Positions 18,524 to 27,571 are shown, counted from the stretch's first letter. The stretch: 64,000 nucleotides of DNA from a bacterium (GCA_035691305.1 DASSJF010000005.1:11380-75379), one strand, 5' to 3'. A program made the numbers and translations. Notes: a model not told the origin generated them from the sequence alone.

Positions 18524-20491
18524 TTGCGGCCCGCGCCATCCGCACTGCACCGCCTGATCGGCGCGCTCCTCAGCCTGCTCGCGGTGACGTTTCTGTCGCA
18601 CCCCGCGTGGGCCCACGCGCTGCTGCGCCAGTCGGACCCCGTGTCCGGGGCAGTGCTGCGGCGGGCCCCCGGCTTTACGACGCTTACGTTCACCGAGGAG
18701 CCTGAACCGGCGCTTTCGACGATCCAGGTCGTCGACGCGAACGGCCGGACGGTCAGCGGCGCACCGGCGACGCCGGTCTCGGGCAACCCTCTGGTCCTCC
18801 GTGTCCCGGTCCACGCGTCGGGCAACGGCGTCTACACGGTGTCGTGGCGGACGGTCTCCAGGGTCGACGGGCACACCACAGGCGGTACCTTTGCGTTCGG
18901 GGTCGGCGTTTCCGCGGCCGCCGCGGTGCTGCCCGCGTCGGCCGGATCCCCGCCCTCCGCCGCCTCGATTGTGTCGCGCTGGGCCTTCTACCTCGGTCTT
19001 TCCGGCATCATGGGTGCGGCGTGGGTCTGGACGATCGCTGCGCCGGCCGCGGCCACGGGCTCCCTGCGATATGTTTGGCTTTCATGCGCGACGGCGCTTC
19101 TCGCGGTCGCCGGGATCGGTCTCGCGCAGGCGCAGGCCGCCGGCACGGGCATCGGCCGGCTGCTCGCCACGTCGCTCGGCACGTCTCTCGCGCTTCGCGC
19201 CGGGCCCATCCTCCTCGCGGGGCTCGCCCTGGCCGCGGCGGCGCCGCGCCCCTCCGCACGACGGTGGGGGCTGGCGGCCGCGGGCGTGTGCGCCGCGGCC
19301 GCCATGCTGGTTCACGTCACCGCGGGACACGCGGGAGCCACCCTCGGTCCGCTCCGGCCCGTGAACATCGCCGTACAGTGGCTGCACTTCGTCGGCATCA
19401 CCGTTTGGCTGGGGGGACTCGCGGCCCTGCTGGCAATAGGGACCCGTGTGCCGGCCGGTCAGGTCGCGGCGGCGGCGCGGCGATTCTCGACGGTCGCGGG
19501 GATCGCCATTCTCTCGGTGGCCGTCACCGGCGCGCTGCGGGCAATCGACAACGTCGGCGCGTGGGACGCCCTCCTCTCGACGGACTACGGACGCCTCATC
19601 GTCGTCAAGGCGGCGCTTCTGCTCAGTCTGGCCGGCCTCGGCTGGGTGAACCGGTACCGCGCGATCCCGCGCCTGCCGGACACGGCCGGTCTGCTCCGAA
19701 AAGTGGCCGCGATGGAACTCGCGGTCGGCGCGGTCGTGCTGTTGCTGACCGGACTGCTCACGGGCCTCGCGCCGGCACGCCAGGCCGCCGAGGCCGCGGC
19801 CGCCGCCCGACCGCTCACGATCACCGGAAACGACTTCGCCACGTCCGTGCGCGTCCGGCTCGAGATCGCGCCCGGTTTTCCGGGCGCCAACCATTTCACC
19901 CTGCGCGCGGCGGACTACGACACCGGGCGGCCCGTCGCGGCGGACCGCGTCAGCCTGAGCTTCCGAAGTGTCGCGCGCCCCGATCTCGGCGTTTCCACCC
20001 TCGACCTGCGCACCGCGGGCGCCGGGGTGTACACTGGCGACGGCGCGAACCTGTCGCTCGGCGGCCCGTGGACCGTCGCCGCACTCCTGCAGCGCGCCGC
20101 GACCGCGGTGGAAGTGCCGCTCGCTGTCACGCCGAAGGCACGGCCCCAGACTATTCGCGAAATTCGTGCGCCGGGCCAGCCGACGCTGTACACCATCGAC
20201 CTCGGGGGAGGCATCGTGCTCAACTCGTACCTCGATCCCGGCCGGCCGGGATTCAACGAAGTGCACGCGACGTTCATCGCGCCGAACGGCGGGGAACTGC
20301 CCGTACCGCAGTCCATTACCATTCTGGCCGCACGCGCGGGCGGCGCGCGGCAGAGCGTGCCGGTGCGGCGGTTCAGCGCCGGACACTTCATTGGAGATGC
20401 GCAGCTCGGCGCGGGCGGGTGGCGGTTCGAGTTCTACGGCACCGCCCAAGACGGAACGGTGCTCGACGCGCAACTCGACGTCACGCTATGA
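18524..20491 (+). CDS. CopC-CopD fusion copper transport protein with C-terminal YtkA-like domain (YcnJ-like)
   Basis: 655 aa. Signal peptide, then HALLRQSDPVSGAVL...VSWRTVSRVDGHTTGGTFAFGVG, a classic CopC cupredoxin domain with N-terminal His. This is followed by about 8 TM helices of CopD type and a soluble C-terminal domain of about 230 aa. Confidence 0.85.
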   Translation: MRPAPSALHRLIGALLSLLAVTFLSHPAWAHALLRQSDPVSGAVLRRAPGFTTLTFTEEPEPALSTIQVVDANGRTVSGAPATPVSGNPLVLRVPVHASGNGVYTVSWRTVSRVDGHTTGGTFAFGVGVSAAAAVLPASAGSPPSAASIVSRWAFYLGLSGIMGAAWVWTIAAPAAATGSLRYVWLSCATALLAVAGIGLAQAQAAGTGIGRLLATSLGTSLALRAGPILLAGLALAAAAPRPSARRWGLAAAGVCAAAAMLVHVTAGHAGATLGPLRPVNIAVQWLHFVGITVWLGGLAALLAIGTRVPAGQVAAAARRFSTVAGIAILSVAVTGALRAIDNVGAWDALLSTDYGRLIVVKAALLLSLAGLGWVNRYRAIPRLPDTAGLLRKVAAMELAVGAVVLLLTGLLTGLAPARQAAEAAAAARPLTITGNDFATSVRVRLEIAPGFPGANHFTLRAADYDTGRPVAADRVSLSFRSVARPDLGVSTLDLRTAGAGVYTGDGANLSLGGPWTVAALLQRAATAVEVPLAVTPKARPQTIREIRAPGQPTLYTIDLGGGIVLNSYLDPGRPGFNEVHATFIAPNGGELPVPQSITILAARAGGARQSVPVRRFSAGHFIGDAQLGAGGWRFEFYGTAQDGTVLDAQLDVTL

Positions 20492-20892
20492 CGCGGGCGA
20501 TACTCGTCCTGGTCGCAATGTTCGTACTGGCGGCCTGCGGGCCGCGCGCGCAGAACGCCCCGTCCGGCCCGTCCTCGCGGCGCCCGCGCTCCACCGCCAC
20601 GCTGTCCATTCTGAAACCGGCGCCGGGCACGACGGTGTCGAGCAGAAAGCTTGAAGTACAACTGCGGCTGACGGGCGCGACCATCACACCGGAAACCTCG
20701 ACCAATCTGAAGCCCGACCGAGGACATATACACCTGATCCTCGACGGCCGCGTCGTGTCGATGACCTACGGCCTCGATCAGGTCGTCCCGGTGACGGCGG
20801 GCGATCATCTGCTGCAGGCCGAGTTCGTAGCGACGGACCACTTTCCGTTCAATCCGCGCGTCGTGACGAGTGCGACGTTCACCGTCAAGTGA
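20488..20892 (+). CDS. lipoprotein of unknown function with GHIHL motif
   Basis: ATG overlaps the copCD stop (ATGA). MTRAILVLVAMFVLAACG lipobox. 134 aa and beta-rich. The track merges it into an alternate-frame 682-aa artefact. Confidence 0.5.
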   Translation: MTRAILVLVAMFVLAACGPRAQNAPSGPSSRRPRSTATLSILKPAPGTTVSSRKLEVQLRLTGATITPETSTNLKPDRGHIHLILDGRVVSMTYGLDQVVPVTAGDHLLQAEFVATDHFPFNPRVVTSATFTVK

Positions 20893-21661
20893 CCCAGTAA
20901 CAGAGAAACGCCGCGGTGCCGCCGTGCGCGCGGCCGCGGGAGCCGCCGCCGCCGGAATCCTCGGCGCCGGGCTGCTGGTCGCCGCCGCGCTGGGCCGGAC
21001 GGGCCCGACCTGGCTGGCACGAGGTCTTTACGATGGCGTCGTGCCGCTCCCGCCGTACCAGTGGGTGCACCCGCCACGCGAACTGGCGCAGGACAATCGC
21101 CCGCCCCAGCCGAGCCGGGCCACCCGCGACCTGGACGCCTCCGGAAAGTCTCCGGGCGCCGTCGCCACCGGCGACGCCCAGTGCACGGTCATCCTTAACG
21201 ACGGGGCACTCGCCGCGGGGCCCTTCGGCCGGACCGTCACCGTGACGATCACCCCGCTCGATCCCGCCTCGATCGGCCCGCCGCCGCCGGGCATGCGGTT
21301 CGACGGGAACGCCTGCCGGTTCGGGGCCGTCTTGGGACAGAGCGGCGCCGTCCCGCAGTTCAAGCGTCCGGTAACGATCGTGCTGCGATACGCCACCGGC
21401 GGCAGCGGGATCGTTCGGGCGTTGCCCGGCGCGGCGCCGGTCTGGCAGCTCACCCGGTCCGTGCAGTACGCGGGCCACCTGCACCTGCTGGTCGGGGACG
21501 TCACGGCGTTGGGAACGTTCGCACCTGTGGCGCCCGCCGGAACTCCCTACGCGCAGAGGACGCCGTGGCTCGCGTACGTGGCCGTCGCGGGGGCGGTTGC
21601 GGTTTTCGTCGGGCTACTCTGGCTGAGGCGAAAACCGCCGCGCCCGGCAGGCGCCGCCTGA
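20870..21661 (+). CDS. uncharacterised Pro-rich two-TM membrane protein (paralog 1)
   Basis: 263 aa. N-terminal TM helix, a Pro-rich extracytoplasmic domain of about 200 aa (PPYQWVHPPRELAQDNRPPQP ... ITPLDPASIGPPPPGMRFDGNACRF ... RPVTIVLRY), then a C-terminal TM helix and a basic tail. The start may instead be GTG at 20924. Confidence 0.5.
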   Translation: MRRSPSSDPVTEKRRGAAVRAAAGAAAAGILGAGLLVAAALGRTGPTWLARGLYDGVVPLPPYQWVHPPRELAQDNRPPQPSRATRDLDASGKSPGAVATGDAQCTVILNDGALAAGPFGRTVTVTITPLDPASIGPPPPGMRFDGNACRFGAVLGQSGAVPQFKRPVTIVLRYATGGSGIVRALPGAAPVWQLTRSVQYAGHLHLLVGDVTALGTFAPVAPAGTPYAQRTPWLAYVAVAGAVAVFVGLLWLRRKPPRPAGAA

Positions 21662-22654
21662 CAGCAGCTGGTCCGCGGTTCCGCCCAGCACCCGCCGTTC
21701 GTCGTCGGGGCTGATGTGCGCCGCCCGCACCTGGTCGGCCGGGCGCTCCACCCCCATGTCAAACGGATAGTCGGAACCCATCACGACGTGATCGGCGCCG
21801 GCGTACTCGACGAGCTGCCGCAAGAGGGTGACGTCGTGCACGATCGTGTCGTAGTAGAACCGTCGCAGCGATTCGTCCGGCGGCATCTCGAGGCGCGCCC
21901 GCGCGGCCGGAACTTCCTCGTATGCGTGGCGGAGACGGCCCCGCAGCGCGAGCACCGCGCCGCCGCCGTGCGCGAGCACGATGCGGAGGCTGGGGAACGA
22001 CTCCAGCAGTCCGCCCATGACGAGGTCGGCCGCCGTGATCGTGGTCTCGAGCGGGTTGCCGACCGCGTTGCCGAGGTGATGGCGGCTGAACGCCGGATTG
22101 TCGAAGCCCCGCGTCGTCGGATGGATGAACACGACCGATCCGAGCGCGGCCGCGGCCTCCCAGAACGGCCGGAAGCGATCGTCGCCGAGGTAAGCGCCGC
22201 GGACGCTCGCGGCGATCTCGACGCCGGCGAGGCCGAGGTTCGCGACGGCTTCCAGCTCGCGGGCGGCCAGCTCGGGGTCCTGCAGCGGCACCGTCCCGAG
22301 CGCCGCGACGCGCCCCGAATGCGCGCGCACGAGCGAGGCGAGCGCGGCGTTCTGGATGCCGCCCGACTCCAACGCGTCGTGCGGGTCTGCGTCGTAGCGC
22401 AGAAGCCCCACGAACGGACAGAGCACCACCCGATCGCTGCCGGCCGCGGCGGTTTCGGCGAGCAGACCCTCCGGGTTCACGAACTCATGGCGGACCGAAC
22501 GGACCTCCACGCCGCCGATCTCGATGCGCTGCCGGTCGCCGTCTCGCGCAACTGTGGGCCGCCACGGCTCCGGGCCGCGGTCGCGCGTGATCTGCGGGAC
22601 GATGATGTGGACGTGCGCGTCGACGACGGGCGCGTCAGTCCGCCGCGCGGTCAT
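21614..22654 (-). CDS. amidohydrolase-2 family protein (ACMSD-like metal-dependent decarboxylase/hydrolase)
   Basis: 346 aa. VDAHVHI, HPTT, LAHGGG and DYPFD metal-ligand motifs of the TIM-barrel amidohydrolase_2 family. Confidence 0.8.
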   Translation of the reverse strand: MTARRTDAPVVDAHVHIIVPQITRDRGPEPWRPTVARDGDRQRIEIGGVEVRSVRHEFVNPEGLLAETAAAGSDRVVLCPFVGLLRYDADPHDALESGGIQNAALASLVRAHSGRVAALGTVPLQDPELAARELEAVANLGLAGVEIAASVRGAYLGDDRFRPFWEAAAALGSVVFIHPTTRGFDNPAFSRHHLGNAVGNPLETTITAADLVMGGLLESFPSLRIVLAHGGGAVLALRGRLRHAYEEVPAARARLEMPPDESLRRFYYDTIVHDVTLLRQLVEYAGADHVVMGSDYPFDMGVERPADQVRAAHISPDDERRVLGGTADQLLSGGACRARRFSPQPE

Positions 22655-24009
22655 CGGCGGCCGGGCGCGCCTCCGCCCTCGGAGCGCGCGCCGGCGACGA
22701 CCCGCTCGGCCGGAGACGGCGCCGCGGCGCCGCGGTTCATGTTAGACTGCGCCTCGCGCGTCGACTCGAGCGGCCCCGTCGCGGTCCAGTAGCGCGTGCC
22801 GGCGACGAGGAGCTTCTCCGCCGGGAAGCGGGTGATGACCTCGCAGCCGTCCTTGGTCACGACCAACTGCTCCTCGATCCGGGCCGCCGACCAGCCGTCG
22901 GCGGCCGGCCAGAAGGTCTCGAGCGCGAACACCATCCCCTCTTCGATCACCTCGGGGTGGTCCAACGAGACGAGCCGGCTGAAGATCGGCTTCTCCCAGA
23001 TCGAGAGCCCGACGCCGTGGCCGTATTGGAGCGCGAACGCCGCCTCTTCGTCGGCAAACCCGAACTCCTCCGCCTTCGGCCACACGCGAACGACGTCGGC
23101 GGTCGTCACGCCCGGGCGGATCAAGGCGAGCGCCGCGTCGAGGTAGTCGCGGCAGCGGCGGTAGGCGTCGACCATCGCGGGCGAAGCGCTGCCGACGCAG
23201 AACGTCCGGTAGTAGCAGGTCCGGTAGCCGTTGTAGGCGTGGAGGATGTCGAAGTACGCCGGGTCGCCCGGGCGCAGCACGCGGTCGGTGTAGACGTGCG
23301 GATGCGGGCTGCACCGCTCGCCGGAGATCGCGTTCACGCCCTCGACGTGCTCGGAGCCGAGGTCGTAGAGCACCTTCGCGACGAGCCCCACGCATTCGTT
23401 CTCCCGCATTCCGGGCCGGAGCGCCCCGTACAGCTGCTCGTATGCCGCGTCGACCATCATCACCGCGGTCGCGATCAACGTGATCTCGTCGACGGTCTTG
23501 ATCTTGCGGACGTCCTGCATCAGCGTCTGCCCGTCGACGATGCGCAGCCCCTCCGCCTGCAGCGCAAACAGCACCTGGGGTTCGATGATGTCCACGGCCA
23601 GCGGCTGCCGGTGCAGGCCCCTCGCCTCCAACTCGGTGCGGATCTTCTTCGCGACGTCGCGCGCGCTCTCAGGATACGCGCCGCGGAGCGTCGAGATGCC
23701 GGCGCGCGACCGCTCGCCGAGCCACGGGCAGTACAGCCGGTGGTGCCGCGCCGCGGAGCCGAAGTCCCAGAGGATCGGCTCGTCCCCGCGGGGGAGCAGT
23801 GCGAAGCGCACGAGCTTGTCGATCGCCCACGTGCCGATGTGCGTCGCTGTGATGTATCGGATGTTGTTCATATCGAAGCAGAGCAGCGCCCCGCAGTCGG
23901 ACGCGTCGAGGCGGCGCTTGACCCGCGCGAGCCGCTCGGTGCGCAGTCGTTCGTAGTTGACGCGCTCCTCCCAGTCGACCGTCTGCAGGCCGAACGTCTT
24001 AATCCCCAT
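22651..24009 (-). CDS. M24 family metallopeptidase (creatinase/Xaa-Pro aminopeptidase-like)
   Basis: Real start is the internal MGIKTFGLQTVDWEE, ATG at 24009. Creatinase-N domain plus pita-bread fold (HGVGLSIWE, EEGMVFALE). Its stop overlaps the downstream amidohydrolase ATG (ATGA). Confidence 0.8.
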   Translation of the reverse strand: MGIKTFGLQTVDWEERVNYERLRTERLARVKRRLDASDCGALLCFDMNNIRYITATHIGTWAIDKLVRFALLPRGDEPILWDFGSAARHHRLYCPWLGERSRAGISTLRGAYPESARDVAKKIRTELEARGLHRQPLAVDIIEPQVLFALQAEGLRIVDGQTLMQDVRKIKTVDEITLIATAVMMVDAAYEQLYGALRPGMRENECVGLVAKVLYDLGSEHVEGVNAISGERCSPHPHVYTDRVLRPGDPAYFDILHAYNGYRTCYYRTFCVGSASPAMVDAYRRCRDYLDAALALIRPGVTTADVVRVWPKAEEFGFADEEAAFALQYGHGVGLSIWEKPIFSRLVSLDHPEVIEEGMVFALETFWPAADGWSAARIEEQLVVTKDGCEVITRFPAEKLLVAGTRYWTATGPLESTREAQSNMNRGAAAPSPAERVVAGARSEGGGAPGRR

Positions 24010-24946
24010 CGCCGCCCTCCCCGCCGCCCTCCGCCGCCCGCCGGTCTGCGCCGCGCGCCGGCGGGCGCGCCTCCACCCCGGCCATCTCCGCCAGGACGTC
24101 AAACATCGCCGCGAAGTCCTGCTCCGCGAGGCCCATGGCACGCGCCGCGGTCAGCCATTCGTTGGCCACCGCCGTCGTAGGCAGCGGCACGCCGAGCACA
24201 CGGCCCATCTCCGCCGCGAGCACCAAGTCCTTCTGCATCATCGTACAGTCGAACCACGCCTCCGCCGGCATCTCGAGGACGAAGGGCCCGCGGTACTTGA
24301 GCATCGGCGAGGCGATCGCGCTGTTGAGCAGCACGTGGACCGCGGTCTTCCGGGCGATGCCGCCCTTCTCCGCGAGCAGCACCGCTTCGCAGAAGGCCAG
24401 CACCTGCGCGCCGAGATTGAGGTTGGTGGCGACCTTCATCAGCGCCGCTTGGCCGTTCTCGCCGACGTGCGTCACAACCGGGCCGATCGCGAGCAGGACC
24501 GGACGCACCCGCTCGACGACCTCCCGATCGCCGCCGACCATGATCGAGAGTCGGCCTTCCTCCAATGTCACGAGGCTGCCCGAGACCGGCGCGTCGAGCA
24601 TCGCCGCGCCCCGCTCCCGCACCCTCGCGGCGAGCTCGCGGCTGATGCGCGGGCTCACGGTGCTCATGTCGACGTAGACCTTGCCGGGACCCAGGCCGGC
24701 GAGAATGCCGTCGGGTCCCTCGGTGACCGCGCGAAGCGCGCCGGTATCCGTGACCATCGAAAACGTGATCTCCGCCGTGGCGGCGACGGCTCGCGGAGCC
24801 GGCGCGAGCGTGAGACCGGCCTGCTCGAGCCACCGGGCCTTGGCGGCCGTGCGGTTGAAGCCCGTGACCGTGTGGCCCGCGTCCAACAGGCGCTTCGCGA
24901 TGCGGCCGCCCATGGCGCCGAGGCCCACGAATCCGAGGTATGCCAC
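23999..24946 (-). CDS. NAD(P)-dependent 3-hydroxyacid dehydrogenase (3-hydroxyisobutyrate dehydrogenase/MmsB family)
   Basis: 315 aa. GFVGLGAMGG Rossmann motif and catalytic ...SGS...K pattern. Overlaps the M24 start by 11 nt. Confidence 0.8.
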   Translation of the reverse strand: MAYLGFVGLGAMGGRIAKRLLDAGHTVTGFNRTAAKARWLEQAGLTLAPAPRAVAATAEITFSMVTDTGALRAVTEGPDGILAGLGPGKVYVDMSTVSPRISRELAARVRERGAAMLDAPVSGSLVTLEEGRLSIMVGGDREVVERVRPVLLAIGPVVTHVGENGQAALMKVATNLNLGAQVLAFCEAVLLAEKGGIARKTAVHVLLNSAIASPMLKYRGPFVLEMPAEAWFDCTMMQKDLVLAAEMGRVLGVPLPTTAVANEWLTAARAMGLAEQDFAAMFDVLAEMAGVEARPPARGADRRAAEGGGEGGDGD

Positions 24947-24995
24947 TCCCGCCTCCCATTTCGCGAACGCGACAAGCGGAGTCCGGCGCCGCGGC

Positions 24996-25538
24996 GTGGT
25001 ATTCCCTTACTCGTTGGACGTCCTCCTACCTCTCGTCGCGGGATTTCTCGGCAGCGCGGCGCTCGCGCTGCGTCCGCCGGCCACCGTCGCCTCGCTTGCG
25101 ATTACCCTCGCGACCGGCGTAATCGGCGGCGCCACACCGGTGCCGCGGGCGCCACGCGGGGACGGCGCGCGGCTGTCGTGGCTCGCCGTGGCGGCAGTCG
25201 GGATCGCGGCCTTCGCCGCGGCCCGCGCGCTGCAGCATCCCCTGGCGCCGAAGATGACGCCGCTCCTCGTCGCCGCGACCGCGGCCGCCGGCGTCGCCGA
25301 AGAATTGCTGTTCCGCCGGCTGCTCTATGGCGCGCTCGCGGTGTACGGCGCCGCGCTCGCCGTCGGCGGATCCGCGGCGGTCTTCGCCGCGGTTCACGTG
25401 CCGGCGTACGGCGTCGCCGCGTTCCCGGTGGATCTCGCGGCCGGCCTCGTCTTCGGATGGCAGCGCTGGGCGTCCGGCACCTGGACGGCCTCGGCCGCCA
25501 CTCATGCCGCCGCAAATCTGATCCAGGCCGCGTGGTGA
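24996..25538 (+). CDS. CPBP family intramembrane metalloprotease (CAAX protease/PrsW-like)
   Basis: About 180 aa. Four TM segments with the EELLFR motif-1 glutamates and the FAAVH motif. GTG 24996 or TTG 25014 start. The upstream part of the 285-aa track ORF is antisense to the dehydrogenase gene. Confidence 0.7.
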   Translation: MVFPYSLDVLLPLVAGFLGSAALALRPPATVASLAITLATGVIGGATPVPRAPRGDGARLSWLAVAAVGIAAFAAARALQHPLAPKMTPLLVAATAAAGVAEELLFRRLLYGALAVYGAALAVGGSAAVFAAVHVPAYGVAAFPVDLAAGLVFGWQRWASGTWTASAATHAAANLIQAAW

Positions 25539-25545
25539 GCGCCCC

Positions 25546-26286
25546 GTGGTAATCATCGGGCGCGCGCGCTTGACGGCCGCGGCGTGGGGAATCGCCGCGG
25601 CCGCCGTGTACCTGGTGGCCGCCCCGCTCGCGTGGCACCACGTCCCGGCGCGGCTGCTCTACGAAGGCGAAGCTCCGCCGGCTCCGTATCACTGGATCGC
25701 CCCGCCGCCCGACCTCGCGCGGGACAACCAGCCGCCGACGGGTGGAACGGGACAGATCGGCCTCAACCCCACCGGCTCCGGATCCGCCTCGATCCTGACC
25801 GACGACGCGCAGGCCGGCATCATCTTCCCGCACGATTCGGTGGCGCCGAGGCCCGGTGTCACCGCCGCAATCGTGCGGATCACGGCGGTCGACCCGGCGA
25901 AGGTCGCGCCGCCGCCCCCCGGCCTCGTCTTCGACGGCAACGCCTACCGCGTGGACGCGGCCTATCAGAATGACGGCGCGATCGTGCTGCGGCGCCCCGT
26001 CACGCCTGTGCTGCGCTATCCCCGGCACGCCACCGTGCTGCTGCGGTGGAGCGACGGGGCGTGGACGGCGCTCGACAGCAAGCGCGTCCCGGCGGCGTTG
26101 CAGATCTTCGCGGCCTCAGACCGCTTGGGGGTGTTCGTGGCGGCCGGCCCGGGGGGCGGCGGGTCATCCCGGGCGGTCTACGCGATCGGGGCGGCGGCCG
26201 CGCTGCTCGCCGCGGCGGCGGTCATCTGGATGATCAGACCGAACCGGCGTAAGGGTACGCGGCGCGGCGACGGTCCGACCGCCTGA
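25546..26286 (+). CDS. uncharacterised Pro-rich two-TM membrane protein (paralog 2)
   Basis: 246 aa. Same architecture and collinear motifs as 20870..21661 (APYHWIAPPPDLARDNQPPTG, ITAVDPAKVAPPPPGLVFDGNAYRV, RPVTPVLRY). Begins 8 nt after the CPBP stop. Confidence 0.5.
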   Translation: MVIIGRARLTAAAWGIAAAAVYLVAAPLAWHHVPARLLYEGEAPPAPYHWIAPPPDLARDNQPPTGGTGQIGLNPTGSGSASILTDDAQAGIIFPHDSVAPRPGVTAAIVRITAVDPAKVAPPPPGLVFDGNAYRVDAAYQNDGAIVLRRPVTPVLRYPRHATVLLRWSDGAWTALDSKRVPAALQIFAASDRLGVFVAAGPGGGGSSRAVYAIGAAAALLAAAAVIWMIRPNRRKGTRRGDGPTA

Positions 26287-26290
26287 ACCG

Positions 26291-27571
26291 TCAGCTCCCG
26301 GCGACGAGGAGATCCTCGGGGAGCCCGGCGGTCACGTGTTCGCGCCCGGTCTCGGTCAAGAGGAATGTGTGGCCGTAGAAGAGCCCGAGCAGTCCGTCCG
26401 GCGTGATGGGGTTCGGCTCGAGCATCAGCTCCATGCCCGGCCGCATCACCCGATCGGCCGGCTCGGCGTGCACGCCGTCGACGCGCACGTCCGGATGGTG
26501 GCTCGTGAGATCGATCCCGTGCATCACGATCGGCCGCGACTGGTAGCCGCGCTCGCGGAAGACCGCCGTCTTCCGCTGCATCGCCTCGAAGGTGTTGCCC
26601 GGCCGCAGCTCCTCTGCGAGCAGATCGAACCCCGGGCGCACCACCTCGTCCCACATCGCCCGCACGCGGTCGGTCGGCCGGCCGACGCAGATCGGGATCC
26701 CGATCTGCGCGGTGTAGCCCTCGTAGCCTGCGGCGAGCTCGTTCAGGATAAGATCGCCCGGACGGAGCCGCCGCCCCGACGGCCGCGGATTGCCGAAGAC
26801 CATGCTCGGCGCGTCCATCGGCGTGCTGCCGATGATGAGGAAATCGAGTTCGCCGCCGCCGGCGAGGATCGCCGACGCGGCGGCCGCTTTCAGTTCGTAC
26901 TCGGCGACGCCTGGCCGCGCCGCGGCGCGGACGGCGCGCAGCGCCGCGACGCAGAGCGCGCCGGCCCGGCGGACGCGCGTCTGTTCTTCCGTGCTCTTCA
27001 CGACGAGCAACTCGTGAAAGAAGTCGCCTACCAGCTCGAGCCGGGCGTCCGGCAGCTCCGCGGCCAGACGCCGGTATTGGTTGTACGGCAGGTAATCGCC
27101 GTATCGCGGATCGATCACCGCGATGCCGATCCGGCCACCGGCGTGTCCCCGCTCCTTCGCCACGGCCGCCAGCGCCTCGCCGAACTGGCCGCCCGGCGCC
27201 GGACGCACGTCGCGCACGGCGACCGCGCGGCGCGTCGCTTCGATGTGCGTGCCGCCCATCCCGTACACGAGCGCCGGCTCGCCCTCGCGCGGCACGTAGA
27301 GATAGACCGAGAGCGCGTGCCATTCGCGGTGATTGCTGAGCCAGAAGACCCCGGCGCCGTAGCTCCAGTGGTTGGGCCCGCCGCAGGCGATGAGCCCGTC
27401 GAGAGCGAGGCGAGCCATCTTGTCGCGGGTCGCGGCGAGGCGGCGCGCGTGCTCCGCGTCGGAGAACCGCTCGTACACCGCGTCGGCGTAGTACGGCGTG
27501 CCCGTGAGGCGGCCGAAGTTCGCGCCGCTGTCGAGGGCGCCGCGCGCCGATTCGAAGTCGCGGGATGACAC
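26291..27571 (-). CDS. M24 family metallopeptidase (creatinase/prolidase-like), second copy
   Basis: 426 aa. Creatinase-N-like N-terminus and M24 core (DFLIIGSTP, GYEGYTAQIGIP, HGIDL). Confidence 0.8.
   Translation of the reverse strand: MSSRDFESARGALDSGANFGRLTGTPYYADAVYERFSDAEHARRLAATRDKMARLALDGLIACGGPNHWSYGAGVFWLSNHREWHALSVYLYVPREGEPALVYGMGGTHIEATRRAVAVRDVRPAPGGQFGEALAAVAKERGHAGGRIGIAVIDPRYGDYLPYNQYRRLAAELPDARLELVGDFFHELLVVKSTEEQTRVRRAGALCVAALRAVRAAARPGVAEYELKAAAASAILAGGGELDFLIIGSTPMDAPSMVFGNPRPSGRRLRPGDLILNELAAGYEGYTAQIGIPICVGRPTDRVRAMWDEVVRPGFDLLAEELRPGNTFEAMQRKTAVFRERGYQSRPIVMHGIDLTSHHPDVRVDGVHAEPADRVMRPGMELMLEPNPITPDGLLGLFYGHTFLLTETGREHVTAGLPEDLLVAGS

Noticed and set aside
21614-21661. 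48-nt convergent overlap between the 3' ends of the two-TM protein gene (plus strand) and the amidohydrolase gene (minus strand)
   Set aside because: This is plausible for convergent genes in compact genomes. Neither end shows a frameshift signature, so it was not treated as an annotation error or a special feature.
22651-24141. N-terminal 44 codons of the M24 track ORF (MPWASRSRTSRRCLTSWRR...)
   Set aside because: Arg/Trp-rich and antisense to the dehydrogenase gene. The conserved M24/creatinase N-terminus starts at MGIKTFGL (ATG 24009).
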